The notes: generated by a model not told the origin, from the sequence alone. A DNA stretch of 64,000 nucleotides from the human T2T-CHM13v2.0 reference genome, Homo sapiens (GCF_009914755.1 NC_060925.1), one strand, 5' to 3'; positions 28,076-42,740 are shown, counted from the first letter of the stretch. A program made the numbers and translations.

Positions 28076-29666
28076 GAGCTTTCTAAAAAGATCAAAACAA
28101 TAAAAAAGAAACACAAACAAACCTTCAGCAGGGTGGTCTCCCTCTTTGAAAGGAGCCTTAACACTCCAAAGAATTCTGGTGCCATTTGTCAAAGTAATAG
28201 CCTTTCTCACCACGTTTCACTTATAATTACATATACTTTTGAGTAGCGGAAGTTCAATCAATGTCAGCTAACATTTTTAGACTTTAGTGCCTTCATCTGT
28301 TAAATGGGGATATGATGGTTTTGCTCACCAGGAGGCTCTTGGATTAAATTCTAATGTGGCTTAATGAGGAATGATGCTTGGAGGGCATGGACATATGCTC
28401 TCTGAGGCCCACTCCCGTCCCATCATCTGGGACTGACTATTGGTAGTATAAAAAATGGTTATTTTGACTACATTTCCAAACCAAAAATAGGGGCATTTTA
28501 TCCTACAAGTTTATTCGTGAAAACAATGGAGCAAAAATAGTTGAAACTTAGATTGTTTTATGAAATCTGCAATGTATGATTACTAAATTGAAGACAACTT
28601 GGAGGGCAAACTAGACAAAAAAAATCTAAGCACTGGCTTCACCACCCCACCCCCCCTTCCTGTCCTTTCTGGTGTCATGGACATATTGCATTTTGATGGG
28701 GGCAGTTTGAAGGAGGATGGTACCAATGTTGTGTGAGTCCCCAATTCCATTTTAAATAAAATGGTCACTAGCCCAAAACCTTGTTTACTTTAGATGTCTG
28801 ATTTCTTTTGAACTCCCAAGTTTGAGGGCCCACACTGACTGGGACAATGCCCTATAGCAAATCCTTCAGTTAAAAATAGATGGTCAAGGCTGATCCCTGC
28901 AATATCAATAAGGTAAGAAGTCAGAGGATGAGGGGAAAAAATCCAATCATTCTTTCTTTGGGAATATTCAGTACATGCTGATTCCTGAAGCTTGCGCTCT
29001 CCCTGATATAGTCCTATGAAGAGAAAAGAATCTACAAAGCTTCTCTTTAAAATGAAGTTCTCCCTATCCAAGGCTTCCCAGTCCAACTTGGCTAATGTAG
29101 TGGGTGGTGTCATCGCTCATCATCATTTTGTGAGAGATGGTAGTAGAGGATGCATTTGAATCCAGAAAAACGGGGCTGTCAACAAGGCTCTGAACCAGTT
29201 ATAGTCTCTCGGATTTAGACAAATCTAGCTTTTCAATTTAGCACTTTCTTTGTTTTCTTACGCTGTTAACAAAGAAGATACTCCTCTACTCGTAGTACCC
29301 AATTGATTAAGTTATCTTTGTTATTGGTTCTTCTGTTTGTAGCTGGGAAGTCCTTGAAAATATAAACACTCAGTCGTGTATATCTTGGGGAAAGTTTTGA
29401 AAGAGATCGGGAAAGAGGCTCACCTTAGCTACCATTGAGAGATGACTTGTCTATTCCTACCAAGAATCACTTTCTCAGGTCTTTCAGAGGGATGTCTTCC
29501 CAGGGTGTCTGTATTGCATTATTTGAGATAAATAAGTAAATGTCTAGAATAGGAGACATAACCACATTCAAATGTAAGTTCCAATTTTATATTCTGTAAT
29601 CTTATAGATTATTAGATTATTGACATTTTGGATAATCTAATGGTGGCATTCTCCTACCAGGGTTCG

Positions 29667-29672
29667 TTTTTC

Positions 29673-29742
<70 letters not shown>

Positions 29743-29830
29743 CTTTCTTTCTTTCTTTCTTTCTCTTTCTTTCTCTCTCTCTTCCTTTCTTTCTTTCCTT
29801 TCTTTCTCTCTCTCTCTTTTTCTTTCTTTT
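29667..29830. repeat. (TTTC)n/(TC)n polypyrimidine microsatellite, an expanded Alu tail
   Basis: About 165 bp of pure pyrimidines, starting with about 15 TTTC units. Confidence 0.97.
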
Positions 29831-30118
29831 CTATTTTGAGACAAGGTCTTGCTTTGTCACCCAGGCTGGAGTGCAGTGGCCTGATATTGGCACACTGCAA
29901 CCTCCACCTCTGGGCTCAAGCAATCCTCCCACCTCAGCCCCCCAAGTAGCTGGTACTACAGGCGCAGGCCACCACACCCAGCTAATTTTTGTATTTTTTG
30001 TAGAGATGGGGTTTTGCCGTATTGCCCAGGCTGGTCTCGAGCTCCTGAGCTCAAGCAATCTGCCTGCCTCAGCCTCCCAAAGTGCTGGGACTACGGGCAT
30101 GAGCCACTGCACCTGGCC
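29831..30118 (-). mobile_element. AluJ SINE
   Basis: Reverse-complement Alu with 'ctcaagcaatcctcccacctcagcc'. Confidence 0.92.
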
Positions 30119-32624
30119 CAGGGTGCATTTCAAAAGCAATGAGGCAGTTCTTTGTGGAAAGTCTGTGGAATTTGCCATTGGAAGACCTGGCTTTGAGTGT
30201 GGCTCTTCTGCTTCCTGTGTGCGGGTGGCTTGTTTAGCCTTTCTGAGCCTCAGTTTTCTCATCTGTGAAATAGAGATAATAATCACTGCCTTTTTTGCTT
30301 TGTGAAAACAGATGGTGGCTGCTAATCTAACCTATGTGATGCTGTGAATGCCTGTTCACTTGTTGGTTATATTTGCTATGATCTGAGTGTGGCTATGTCC
30401 TGTGCCCCAGGGCCATGGGTTGGTTTGTTTCTAAGTACGTTTTGACCAAGGTTACGCACTCCCCCACTTCCACAGGGAAAATGTCAGAACTGGGAAAGAC
30501 TGGAGGAGATCATTGGTCCCAGCCCTTATTTTATAGATGAGGAAACCAAGGCTAGAGTTGAAATGACACCCTAAGGTTGTGGCATAGCTCTCAAGCCCAT
30601 GTGTTTTCCATGGCTCCGGGTGCCTCCAGTTATGGGACACAGACTCAATATGCAGAGAGTCTCTTTAGGGAGAACCAGGTGAGCCCTGGCCTGAGGAGAA
30701 GGGCAGAAAGATTTATGGGGCCCAAGAGGACCATCCTCAGTCAATCCCTCTGGTGACTGGAATTGGGAGATGTAGAATCTCTCTTCCAGTTACTGGGAAG
30801 TGCCAGGGGGAACGAGTCTCTGAGAAACATAGGACGGGGGGCTGTGGGAGAATCCGGTCACTTCTCTGAGTATTTCAAGCCCAGCTCTGACTTAGTGGGC
30901 AATGTTTAGAGATTCATTCAATAAGTAGTTGTTGAGCTCCCACCCTTTAAGGTGTGTGGGACACTTTGGTAAGACAAAGATTCCTAGTGGGGAGGTGGAG
31001 AATAGGCATTAAACACAATGAATGAGTGAATTATACAGAACATTTGAAGGTAGTAAGTACCAGAAATGAGAACATATGGCAGGGTGAGGGGGATTGGGAT
31101 TGCTGGTGGAGGGGAGGTGGTGCCCAAAGAGACCTCACTGAGGTGAGATTTGAGCAATTTTTCAAGAAGGTGAGAGAATCGTGAGGGCATGGGGGCGAAG
31201 CTTGAGGCAGCAAGGAAGCCAGAGGGGCTGTGGTAGAGTGGGCAAGGACAAACATAATTGGGAAATGTAATTTTAATCTGTTGGTTGTTCATCTATGTAT
31301 TGTTTGTTCACCTGCATGTCTTCAAAACCCCAACACCAGCAAGAAGCCAGTTACTACCCAGTGCCCATCGTACAGCTTTATCCTTCCTTTCTACCACAGG
31401 CTTTGCTAAGCAGCTACTGTGTGCTTGGCACTGTGCTGGGAGCACAAAGGTAAACGAAGCATGGTCCCCTATGTGATGCTTAGCACATGGAGTGTGCAAA
31501 GAGGCCTCATGTACGTTGCTCAAAGAGAGGGGTCGGGGGAGAATCTGGTCTACCCCATCATGCTGAATCCTGGGCCTAACCTTGGCCTGGGAGCCTCCAT
31601 CTTGTGGGAAACTGAACAGTGAAGAGGTTAACGCCAGACTCTGGGGTTAGATTGTCTCAGCTTCACCACTAACTAGCCAGCTGCCTGACCTTGCCTAAGT
31701 GACTTTCCTGGTTTCAGCCTCAGTTTTCTCTTGTGAAAAATGGTGAACAGTGTCTGCCTCAAAGAGTTGCAGTGATTTAATAAAACAGTGTGTGTGAAAC
31801 TGAGTCCAATACTTTGCATAGTAAGCGCTTGACAGATAGTAATTGCTATCACCATTATTAGGAAGAGGGTCACCAGAGAGAGAAACCAAGGGTACTTTGC
31901 TTCACCAGCAGAGAGATCAATACTTGCTTTTTTGGTCTGTTTGTGCCACCTGGAGAGGGTCAGGAGGCAGGCCATGGCCCTCTCTTTCCCTCCTCCCTGG
32001 CCAATTTGGTTGGGAGCCAGAAATTCTTCATCACAACCATTTGGCTGAGGTTCAAGGGCTCCCGTGCCCTGAGGGGCAAAGGGTGTGTTGGAGGGGGGAA
32101 CTGGGGGGACTTTCACTTGAGAGAGGATTTCCAGCACAGACGAGTTGTCAGGGTAAGGCAGGTCTCTCTATTGATAGGAGCAGCTCATGCATGAGAGCAG
32201 ATTGTGCCAATTCTATAGAGCACGACCCCTCGGCCCAGGCTTCTCCTGCTAACATAGTTATCTTTCCCAATCTGCTTAGGCAGAAGGGGGATACAATTCC
32301 TGTCCTTGTGCTGAGCACACAGAGCAGGCAGGACCCAGGCCAGGGGCTGGGTCTGGCTCTCCGCATTCCCCCCAGTTTCTCCCCTCCCTTAACTAAAAGT
32401 CTTGGGTTCTTTCAGCTGCCGCATCACCTTGGACAGAATTAGCACAGGCTGCAGAAATTGGCCACTGGCCATGGGTAAAACCAGGGAGTGTCCTGGAATT
32501 CTTGATGCCTGGGAAGGTTCAGAGAGAACGCCAGAGGAAGCATCTCCAGAACTAGGGGTAGGGAAAGAGTCTGCTGCAGCCTAAAATTCACTGGCTAGGG
32601 GCAGTTGTTGATGCTTTAAGTCTG

Positions 32625-32810
32625 AGGGTCTCAAAGCGTGCTCCCCACACCAGCAGGATCGGCATCACCTGGGAACCTGTTAGGACAGTGTGTACTCCCA
32701 AGCCCTACCCCAGATCTGCTGAATCAGAAACTCTGAGGGCAAGACCAGCAAGCTGGGTTAACAAGCCCCCCCAGGTGATTCTAATGCATGCTAAAATTTT
32801 AGAACCACTG
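32625..32810. mobile_element. MER5A hAT DNA transposon
   Basis: 'tctcaaagcgtg...ggcatcacctgggaacctgttag...ctgaatcagaaactctg...ccaggtgattctaatgca...agaaccactg'. Confidence 0.85.
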
Positions 32811-33431
32811 ATCTAGGAAGCTGCAGCTACTAGAATTGTTCATCCTGGCCCTGGTGCTCAAAGCTTTTGTATCACAACCCTCCCCAACAACAAACTGCAC
32901 CTCTTGACACTCTACCACCAAGATAGGGCCCTAAAAACATTTCTCTGGGTCCACCTAAAAAAAAAATCATTGTAAAATGTTCACTACAGTCTCCCAGCTG
33001 CCATATGAGCCCAGCCTACATATACAATATCATAAATGAGAAAGGGAGAAAAATATTTTGTATACACATGGTGTTTTCATCAAGACTGAGGGGTAGGCAC
33101 TTGTATCTTTATTTTATGGAGACGCAGTGAGCTTAAGTAATTAGCACACAGTTGCAGAAAGAAAGGGGCAGGGCCAGGACTAGGACCAGATCTGCTTGAC
33201 TCCAGAGACCATGTTTGCTCTGGCCTACCCATGTTGTCTCCTTTAATTATAAGGTTTGGTTCTACAGTGCTGAATTTTCAGAGCATCTCGGGTCTCCGGT
33301 CTTTGTGCTAATTAGTTAACATTTAGCATGTTTTAAAAAGCTGCTTTTTGTTCTGTAAAACCAATATAGCTGCAAATATCTTCTAAATAGACTAATTCAC
33401 TTTGCACATATCTATATATTTAATAAAACTA

Positions 33432-34730
<1,299 letters not shown>

Positions 34731-34917
34731 TTTCACTTAAATTCAAGAAACCAGTTAGAAAAAAATTTTGCCAGATCAGCTTCTGTTTCAGTTCAGCATT
34801 TAAGCCTGGATGCTTAAAAAACTGGATTATGATAGCAATGTCAGTACTGCTGATTCTCCTCCTAGTTTTTAGTCCTCTTTCTCTGCTGGCATTAAACATA
34901 ATGATAATAAAGGAGTA

Positions 34918-35201
34918 CAGTCATCCCAAAGTATCTGTGGGGGATTGGCTCCAGGACCACCCGCAGATACCAAAATCTATACAAACTCAAGTCCTGTAGT
35001 CTGCCCTATGAAACCCGTGGATATGAAAAGTGAGCCCTACTATAATGCAGATTTCCAAATCTTGCCTTCCTACCCATGTTTGGTTGCTGATGCAGAACCC
35101 ACCAATATGGAGACAATACGGAAGGCAGACTGCATTTATTGAAGAACACCTGTGTATAAGTGGACCCGCACAGTTTAAATCATTTTGTGCAAGGGTCAAC
35201 T
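34918..35201. mobile_element. MER2-like Tigger-family DNA transposon
   Basis: Begins 'cagtcatccc...gtatctgtgggggattggctccaggacc', ends 'aagtggacccgcacagtttaaa...aagggtcaact', flanked by TA. Confidence 0.8.
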
Positions 35202-35454
35202 ATATATACATATATATAATTCATCATCTTGGTGCATCTGGAGACAGATTTTATCATCATTTGCAAGGGCCTCTTCTGATTCGCAAATCAGAAAGTCAAA
35301 CCTGGGGATTATCTGTGACATTTCGCTTTTCCAATGTGTTTTTGTCTTGCATTTTATGGCTCTGGATGCCTGATTTGTACTATATTCAGATATCACTGAT
35401 GGATGAGATAGGTGAGAAAGAGCAAGAATGTTATTTTTATTTTATTTTTTTAAT

Positions 35455-35748
35455 TTTAACTTTTTTTTTTTTTGAGACAGAGTCTCACTTGTCACCCAGG
35501 CTGGAGTGCAGTCATGCAATCTCGGCTCTCTGCAACCTCCTGGATTCAAGCAATTCTTGTTCCTCAGTCTCCTGAGTAGCTGGAATTACAGGTGTGTGTC
35601 ACCATACCCAGCTAATTTTTGTATTTTTAGTAGAGATGGGGTTTTACCATATTGGCTGGGTTGGTCTCAAACTCGTGACCTCAGGTCATCTGCCCACCTC
35701 AGCCTCCCAAAGTGCTGGGATTACAGTCGTGAGCCACCACATCCAGCC
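35455..35748 (-). mobile_element. AluS SINE
   Basis: Poly-T followed by a reverse-complement Alu. Confidence 0.92.
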
Positions 35749-36763
35749 CTGTTTTTCTCCTTTATAGGCATATTTTCTACCTTTTTACGGAGAGAGAGCT
35801 TTTTTATTTTTCTTTTTGCCTTTGCTTTTTGTTTTGGAAATTGCTTGTCTCTTTTATGTATCTCTAAGGCTGTCATTACCCTTTCTTGGGCCTGTAACTT
35901 CTCACTCAGAAGCAACAGCGTAATTGTCACAGCCCGTCTGGGTTGGTCCTCTTATAGGTACTTGGTCTTTTTGGTCTCAATGTATGTGAAAGACAGAATA
36001 ATGGCCCGCAAAGATGTCAGCGTCGTAATCCCTGGAACCTGGGAATATGCTATATTACATGGCAAAGAGGAATTAAGGTTTCAGATGTGGAATTAAGGTT
36101 CCATTCAAACCACAATTCTCAGTTTTTCCTGGCTCCAAGCGATGCTCTGTTCTACAGAAAGCAGCCACTCACTCTTAAGAAACGTACTTGCTGGGCATCT
36201 GATTGGCTTTAGGCTCACAGATTCCTATAATTTGCATATTCCGGTGGTAATTATTCTTCCTATAATTATTCTAGAATCTAATATACAACTGTGCTTTGGT
36301 TGCCATTCATGACAAAGAAATAGCTGTGGTCTGTCTGTGCCAGTTACTCTGAATTTCACAAAGGCTTGCCTCTTTCCTCATTCTTTACTACTTGGTTTCT
36401 TTTCAACTCAAGTTAGAGATTTGAATCTGACCAGATTTTTTGGAATGAATCTAGACCTGGAAGCAGGAAAACCTCAGTGTCTGTAGCTTAATCTAGTTGG
36501 TCTCTCAGTCACCAAGGTCTTCAGTTTGTCTGTCTTGTAAGTGGGGATAATGCATCTCATGTACATCAGCTGACATAGTTCCTAACCCACAGGAGACTCA
36601 AAACAAATATTGTTTTCTTCCCATCTCTCAGTTTTATGGCCTGTAACATGGGTATATTAATGAGACATACTTTGCCAAGGTTTTTTGAGGATTAAATAAG
36701 ATAATACAGATATTCAGAAAGAAATGCAAGCTTGTTTCCTTTTGGAGTCATGCTGCACTCCTA

Positions 36764-36776
36764 CCACTAGATGGCA
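36764..36776 (+). promoter_or_regulatory. Candidate CTCF site
   Basis: CCACTAGATGGCA fits the CTCF core consensus CCASYAGRKGGCR. Confidence 0.55.
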
Positions 36777-37120
36777 TGATCAGCACAGCCAGCTGGTGAA
36801 AACAGCTCTGAAGTCTAAGGGAAAGGGATCCCACTTCGTTTTCTTTTCTCAGGATGAAGTTTGGAAATAATTATCACAGATGTACTGAAGAAGTCTTCAT
36901 TTTTGCTGTAAATCATGTATTACCATCAGAGATTTTCTTGGGCAGTAGACTTCCCTGAGGAATGGTTGGAAGTGAGGCCTAGAAACTGGAGTGGTCTCTT
37001 TGAAACGTCGTTTGATCATGTCCTTCCCATACATGCCTCTTTTATCGTGTCCTTCCCAGACTTTAATCTCACTGTGGTTTGCTGTCACCTATTCAAGTAC
37101 ATATAAAATAAGTCACTCAG

Positions 37121-37217
37121 GGCTGGGTGCGGTGGCTCATGCCTGTAATCCTAGCACTTTGGCTGAGGCGGGCGGATCACTTGAGTTAGAGTGAAACTCT
37201 GTCTGGAAAAAAAAAAA
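37121..37217 (+). mobile_element. Internally deleted ~97-bp Alu
   Basis: Alu 5' end joined directly to the 3' terminal 'agagtgaaactctgtct' plus A11, with 'tcactcagg' on both sides. Confidence 0.85.
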
Positions 37218-38005
37218 TCACTCAGGTTGAGAGTGAGAGGCCCCTAGTCCTGCCCCTGAGGCACCACAGTGGAGCCCTGGAACTCCGTGAGCCATGGCTG
37301 AAGAACCACTGCAGGAGGAAGCTTGGGGCCTTTAGCATGGCACATAGGGCCCTCTGCTGTCTGATGACTGCCAATTTACTCCAGCCCATCTCTTGCCACT
37401 CATAGCTTTGCACTGGCTCTCAGCACCTATGATCTACCGAGTTTCTTATGCACATAATCCTGTTTCTTGCCTCTATGCCTTTGCCTACGCAGTCCCCTCT
37501 CTATTTTGAATCTCCTCTCCCCTAACTGACTCATCCGTTGGGGCTCAGTTTGGGCTTTAACTTCCCCAGGACTTCTTACTTGACCCTATCTAAGTTGTTT
37601 TCTAGTAGTTCACTTATGTGTCTGCATCCCCCACTAGTCTGTGAGATTTCTGAGTACAGGGAAAGTCTCTTACGTCTATTTTATAAAGGCCTGGCAAATG
37701 AAAGAACTCAATGGGTTTGGAGAAATGAATGAGTGATGAGTAGAGAGAAGGGCACCACCTAGATGAGGAGGTAGGAGATGAAGATGTAGGAGATGAAGAT
37801 GTAGGAGTGGCAAAGGAAAATGAGTGTTTTGAATCTAGAAGTAAGGGGAGTCCTTCCCCAGCTGCAGGCTGAGCCCCCAGCAGGAGACCAGGTGAGCCTT
37901 CTTCTCTCAAAGCCTCAGTGGCAGCCCTCACAAGAGGTCACCAGGGGCTGGGAAATTGGAACTCCTTCAGCCACAGAGCAGCTGTTAGAGAAGCACTAGC
38001 AGTGT

Positions 38006-38673
38006 TGGGAGAGGAGGACCTCGGGATGGGGGCAAAGGCTCCGGCTGTCCCAGAGAGACAGTGCAGAAGGATGGCTGTTTGACTGCCCAGGCTCCAGGGA
38101 CAGCAGGCTTGCTTCTAAGAATCATTTTGACTGTGATCTTCGAGGCCTGGGGTTGGAGGGCCTAAATCTGCCCAGGCTGTACTAAAGGCAAGTGTCCTAC
38201 CAGGGATGACCTCTGCCAGAAGGCCAGAGGGCGGAGGTGGATCTCAATCTGAAACTGGGAGGGGAAACCACTTGAATCTTAAAAAAATCGCTTCTTACTT
38301 CATTTTCCTTCTGAGCGGGTCCCTAGACATCCAAACAATGCCTCTCCAGGCAGCCTGGCACGGCTGTCATAAAATGCAACTGAAATCTGTATCTATGGAA
38401 ACAGGCTGGCTCCTCGTTTTTGCCTCTCTCACTCCCTGCTTCTGTGTTGGCCAGGATGGGGCTAGACTCCAAGCTCTGCACTCTGATGTAGGGGCAGCTT
38501 CATCCATGCTCTGATGGACCTCCTGTGTCCCCCTTCCTTTTACCTCCTCTTACCAGAGGCAGAGGAGGTTCTGGGAGAGGGTGACCTCGGGATGGGGGCA
38601 AAGGTTCCGGCTGTCCCAGAGAGACAGTGCAGAAGGATGACTGTTTGCCTGCCCAGGCTCCAGGGACAGCAGG
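38006..38673 (+). repeat. 102-bp direct repeat pair (38006-38107 and 38572-38673)
   Basis: Ungapped alignment by eye gives 5 mismatches in 102 bp at offset 566. Confidence 0.95.
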
Positions 38674-39275
38674 GAGTGACTGACAGGGGTGCTGTAGGCT
38701 CGATGCCCCAATCTGGGCTTTTGGGATTGAGGCCCAGACCTTTATCCACTCAACAAAATTAATTCCCTGCCTCCTCCACCCACCCTAGGCTTGACAGCAA
38801 TTCTCTGGTCCTTTCTTTCCGTTGCCTGAAGAGGTGACTTAGTATTCCTTAGGGTACATATGTGATGGTGTTTGGTTTGAGAGGTTTATTTAAAAAAAAT
38901 ATTTTGGGGGGATTTAAGATGAATGAAAATCATTCTGCTTCAACTTGGCAGAATGGACTGAAATGGAAACAAAGACAGCACAACTCTTTTCTTCTCTAGC
39001 CCTGATGTGCTGATTTACTAAACCAGGAGTTTTCTTGCAGGGGCAACCTGTTTTCAAAACACACTGCAGACAGGTCTAGCTTAGCTGACCTGTGTGAACA
39101 TCAATGGGGAGGGTAGAAGGAACAGGGTGATGGCATTCGGGGATCTCACCATTCTGACAAGACACAAGTCATTCAACAGCCAGAGGTTCTGAGGACAGCA
39201 TTTCCACTCCCACGGGGTGCCCCTGTCTGGGCAGCCCAGGACAGCGTCCGGAATACCGCAGAGCTTGGCCCTGCG

Positions 39276-39288
39276 CCACGAGGGGGCG
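39276..39288 (+). promoter_or_regulatory. Candidate CTCF site in a small CpG-retaining patch
   Basis: gCCACGAGGGGGCGa is a near-consensus CTCF core, with about 10 CpGs in 39210-39330 against CpG-poor flanks. Confidence 0.68.
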
Positions 39289-40685
39289 ATGCCGTCTCTC
39301 TTTTGCTCCACGCACTGTAGTAGACGCCTTCAGAGCCTGAGGGCAAAGAAAAGAGGCTTACTCCAAGTCTGCAAAGGAGAGTCAAGTGAACTCTTTTTTT
39401 CCACACGGGAAAAGATGGATATGGTCTAAATGGGAGGGGCTGGGAGGACAGGAAATGCAAAGGGGGACAACCTTGGCTTTAATTTTACTGTATAACCACA
39501 CTCTCTGGGCCGGTTTCCTGGTGCCTTCCCTTTCACCCTGTTTAGTGATCATTATACTGGTGGCACTGGATGCCCCAGAGGGTATCCCTCTTTTTCTCCT
39601 CTTACTTTTCTTCCTATTCAGAAGTCCCTTTTATCACGGAAATATTTGCCCTGTCTCCCACAGCACCACAAATCCAGAATCACCAACCCGAGGGTTTCAA
39701 GATTCTTTGCTCTATCCCCTCCCTTCTCTCAGACCTGTCCTTATTTCCTTTGGTCCTGCACAATTCTACTGTATCCCTGATTGTACCAGGGGCAATATTT
39801 GATGATAAAGGGCAGAGTAAATTGTAGAGCATTAGGTTCATGTGATGACAAAGCAAAGGGCAAAACTTCAGCAGATGGCAGGCCTTGATCACTGGAGACA
39901 AACATTCTGGGGCCTTTCTGGTTAGGGCAATGGAGAACCCATTCTAAGAGTTATGGCTGAGATTGTGTGAATTTAACTCACCCACCTGCAAATCAGAGAC
40001 AGACTTGGCTACAGGAAGCCTCTGTTGCTAGGGGCAGAATTGGGGAGCTTTTGGGACCTTCTCTCTTGTGAGTTGTCCATGGCCTGGGCTTGCACTCCAA
40101 AAGCCTCCTGGCTAATTGAAATCCACTGGTACAGCTTGCATCAACAAAGACTCCAGGCTCCTACTCAGGAGTTCATTTTGCCCTTGGCCTACCTGTAAAC
40201 CCATTAGAGTGGAGAGTGCAGAGGAATTTCTCTCCCCACTAGGTCCAGCAAACACATTTTCATGTCCTTGTAAACGATGAGGGAGTCTTCCATGGAAGAC
40301 TGTAGGTAGAGCCATCACTGGCTTTCACAACATGGTTTAGTATTTTTGTTGTCAGTCTCTATAATCTGGCTATAATTCTATAATTCTGGCTCAGAATCTA
40401 TCACTTACTAGCTCTGTGATAGGTGGCAAATTAACCCTTTTAAATCTCATTTTTATCATCTGTAGATGGAGATGATTATTATGAGAACTTAATGAGATAA
40501 TCTATGTTAAAGTACTCGGCCCAATTGCTGGCACATAAATGGTTGTTATCATTATCTTGAAATGCAGTGGAGTATAAAGGCTAAGCCAGCTGACTCAAAT
40601 CTGAGCTCTACCACTTACCGTCAGTGTGAGCTCAGGAAAACCATTTGATTTCTATATGCCTCAGTCTTCTCAGATGTAAAATGCA

Positions 40686-41038
<353 letters not shown>

Positions 41039-42418
41039 TAATGTATGCAGTGCACTGAAAACAGTTCTTGGCATATGCTGAGTACTCAAAGAAGGCTGGT
41101 CATCACTGCCTATAAAGCTGTGGTTTGGATTATCCAAAAGTTACCTGCATTTTGCTCTAGAATACTAAGATGCGTGTTTTAGTTAGCAGGAGAATTATTT
41201 TCTTATTTGACTTAGTTTGCAGTAAGGTGAATCTGTATTTGTTACTTGTACAACTGGTTAATGCTGGGGCTGGGGCTTAGAACATGGCTGAGGGAGACTG
41301 GTTAGAGATGCAAGATGTGCCACAGAGAGTCCAGAAAACAGATCACTTTGAGGCACTTGCATGGCATCTTTTCACTAGTGCTCCTGTATAGTTTATCTTT
41401 TACTACATATCAGTTTAGAAAGAAAGATTTTATTGTCAAACCAATTTTGCAGGTAGAAGAGTAGGTGAAAGAGACAGATTACGTGCCCTGCCCAAAGGTC
41501 ACAAAAGCAGGATCTATATCCACATGGCAGTTGCATTTAAAAATAAAAATTAATCAAAGTAGCTTTTGGCTCTGCCTGACAGGACAAGTCATAGACAGTG
41601 TATTTAATGTGTCATTAGACGGTGTTGGCAGCCTTCGTCACAGCTGCAGTGAATCTGGGGTAACACCAGGAATACAGCACCTCTCTGATTATTTATTTTT
41701 AGAGTCTCCAACAAGAAAATTTTAAGAAAAGAAAAAAGAAATCATTGTGGGTAGGAATCAGGAGAGAGTAGTCAGGAAAAATCTGAAATTTTCCTAAAAT
41801 TTGAAAAATATATATTATGAATTCTAGGTCCTGGGCCATTTAAGCCAGTCTCTAAATCATATGGTTATCTTATAGGAGGAGAATCTTGGACAATAAAAAG
41901 ATCAGAATGAGGGTGATGTGCTATAAATCTTCCTAAAAAAGCAAGAAGAATTAATTTGGAGAAACAACCCATTAGGGTTGACAACTGTTTAAGTAAAACT
42001 GATGACATGAAACTGGAAAGAAAATAGTCCGCTAACTTCTTAAATGGGAAGATGATTCATTAGCAGTGAGGGTTAGGGGTGTCTGTAGTCCTTTTCTGAT
42101 TATCTATGAAGTAGTAACCTGGATTAGCCAAAAAGAGATTTGCTTTTGACTCTGAAAAATGTCATGATATTTGTTTTGGCAGTAGATAAATTTTTGAACT
42201 AGACCTGTTAGCTCAATTGTAAATATTTCATTAGAGAGTGATGGGCATATGAATGCTACAGCTTCTTTTCATTCAACAAATATTTATTGAGTACCTACTA
42301 CGTGCCAGGCACTGGGCTAGGAGCTGGAAATACAATGCTGAACTAGTTAGACATGGTCCTTGTCCTCCTGGAGATAGACACTGAAGAAATAATACACGTG
42401 AGCAATCATTATCATCTA

Positions 42419-42740
<322 letters not shown>

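Noticed and set aside
29617-30305. 225-aa and 151-aa ORFs with FLSF or KERK repeats
   Set aside because: Translations of the (TTTC)n microsatellite plus Alu and MIR sequence.
31843-32442. 199-aa + strand ORF upstream of GJA8
   Set aside because: Non-ATG start, no recognisable domain and no splice or promoter support; the region is better read as possible regulatory DNA.
35030-36096. 181-aa and 196-aa ORFs
   Set aside because: Made of MER2, Alu and MLT1 sequence with no coherent coding signal.
37760-37806. (GTAGGAGATGAAGAT)x2-3 acidic-coding-like repeat
   Set aside because: A short slippage duplication with no supporting exon structure.
39229-39250. REST/RE1-like GGACAGCGTCC
   Set aside because: Only the right half-site matches; the left half and spacing do not fit TTCAGCACCnnGGACAG.
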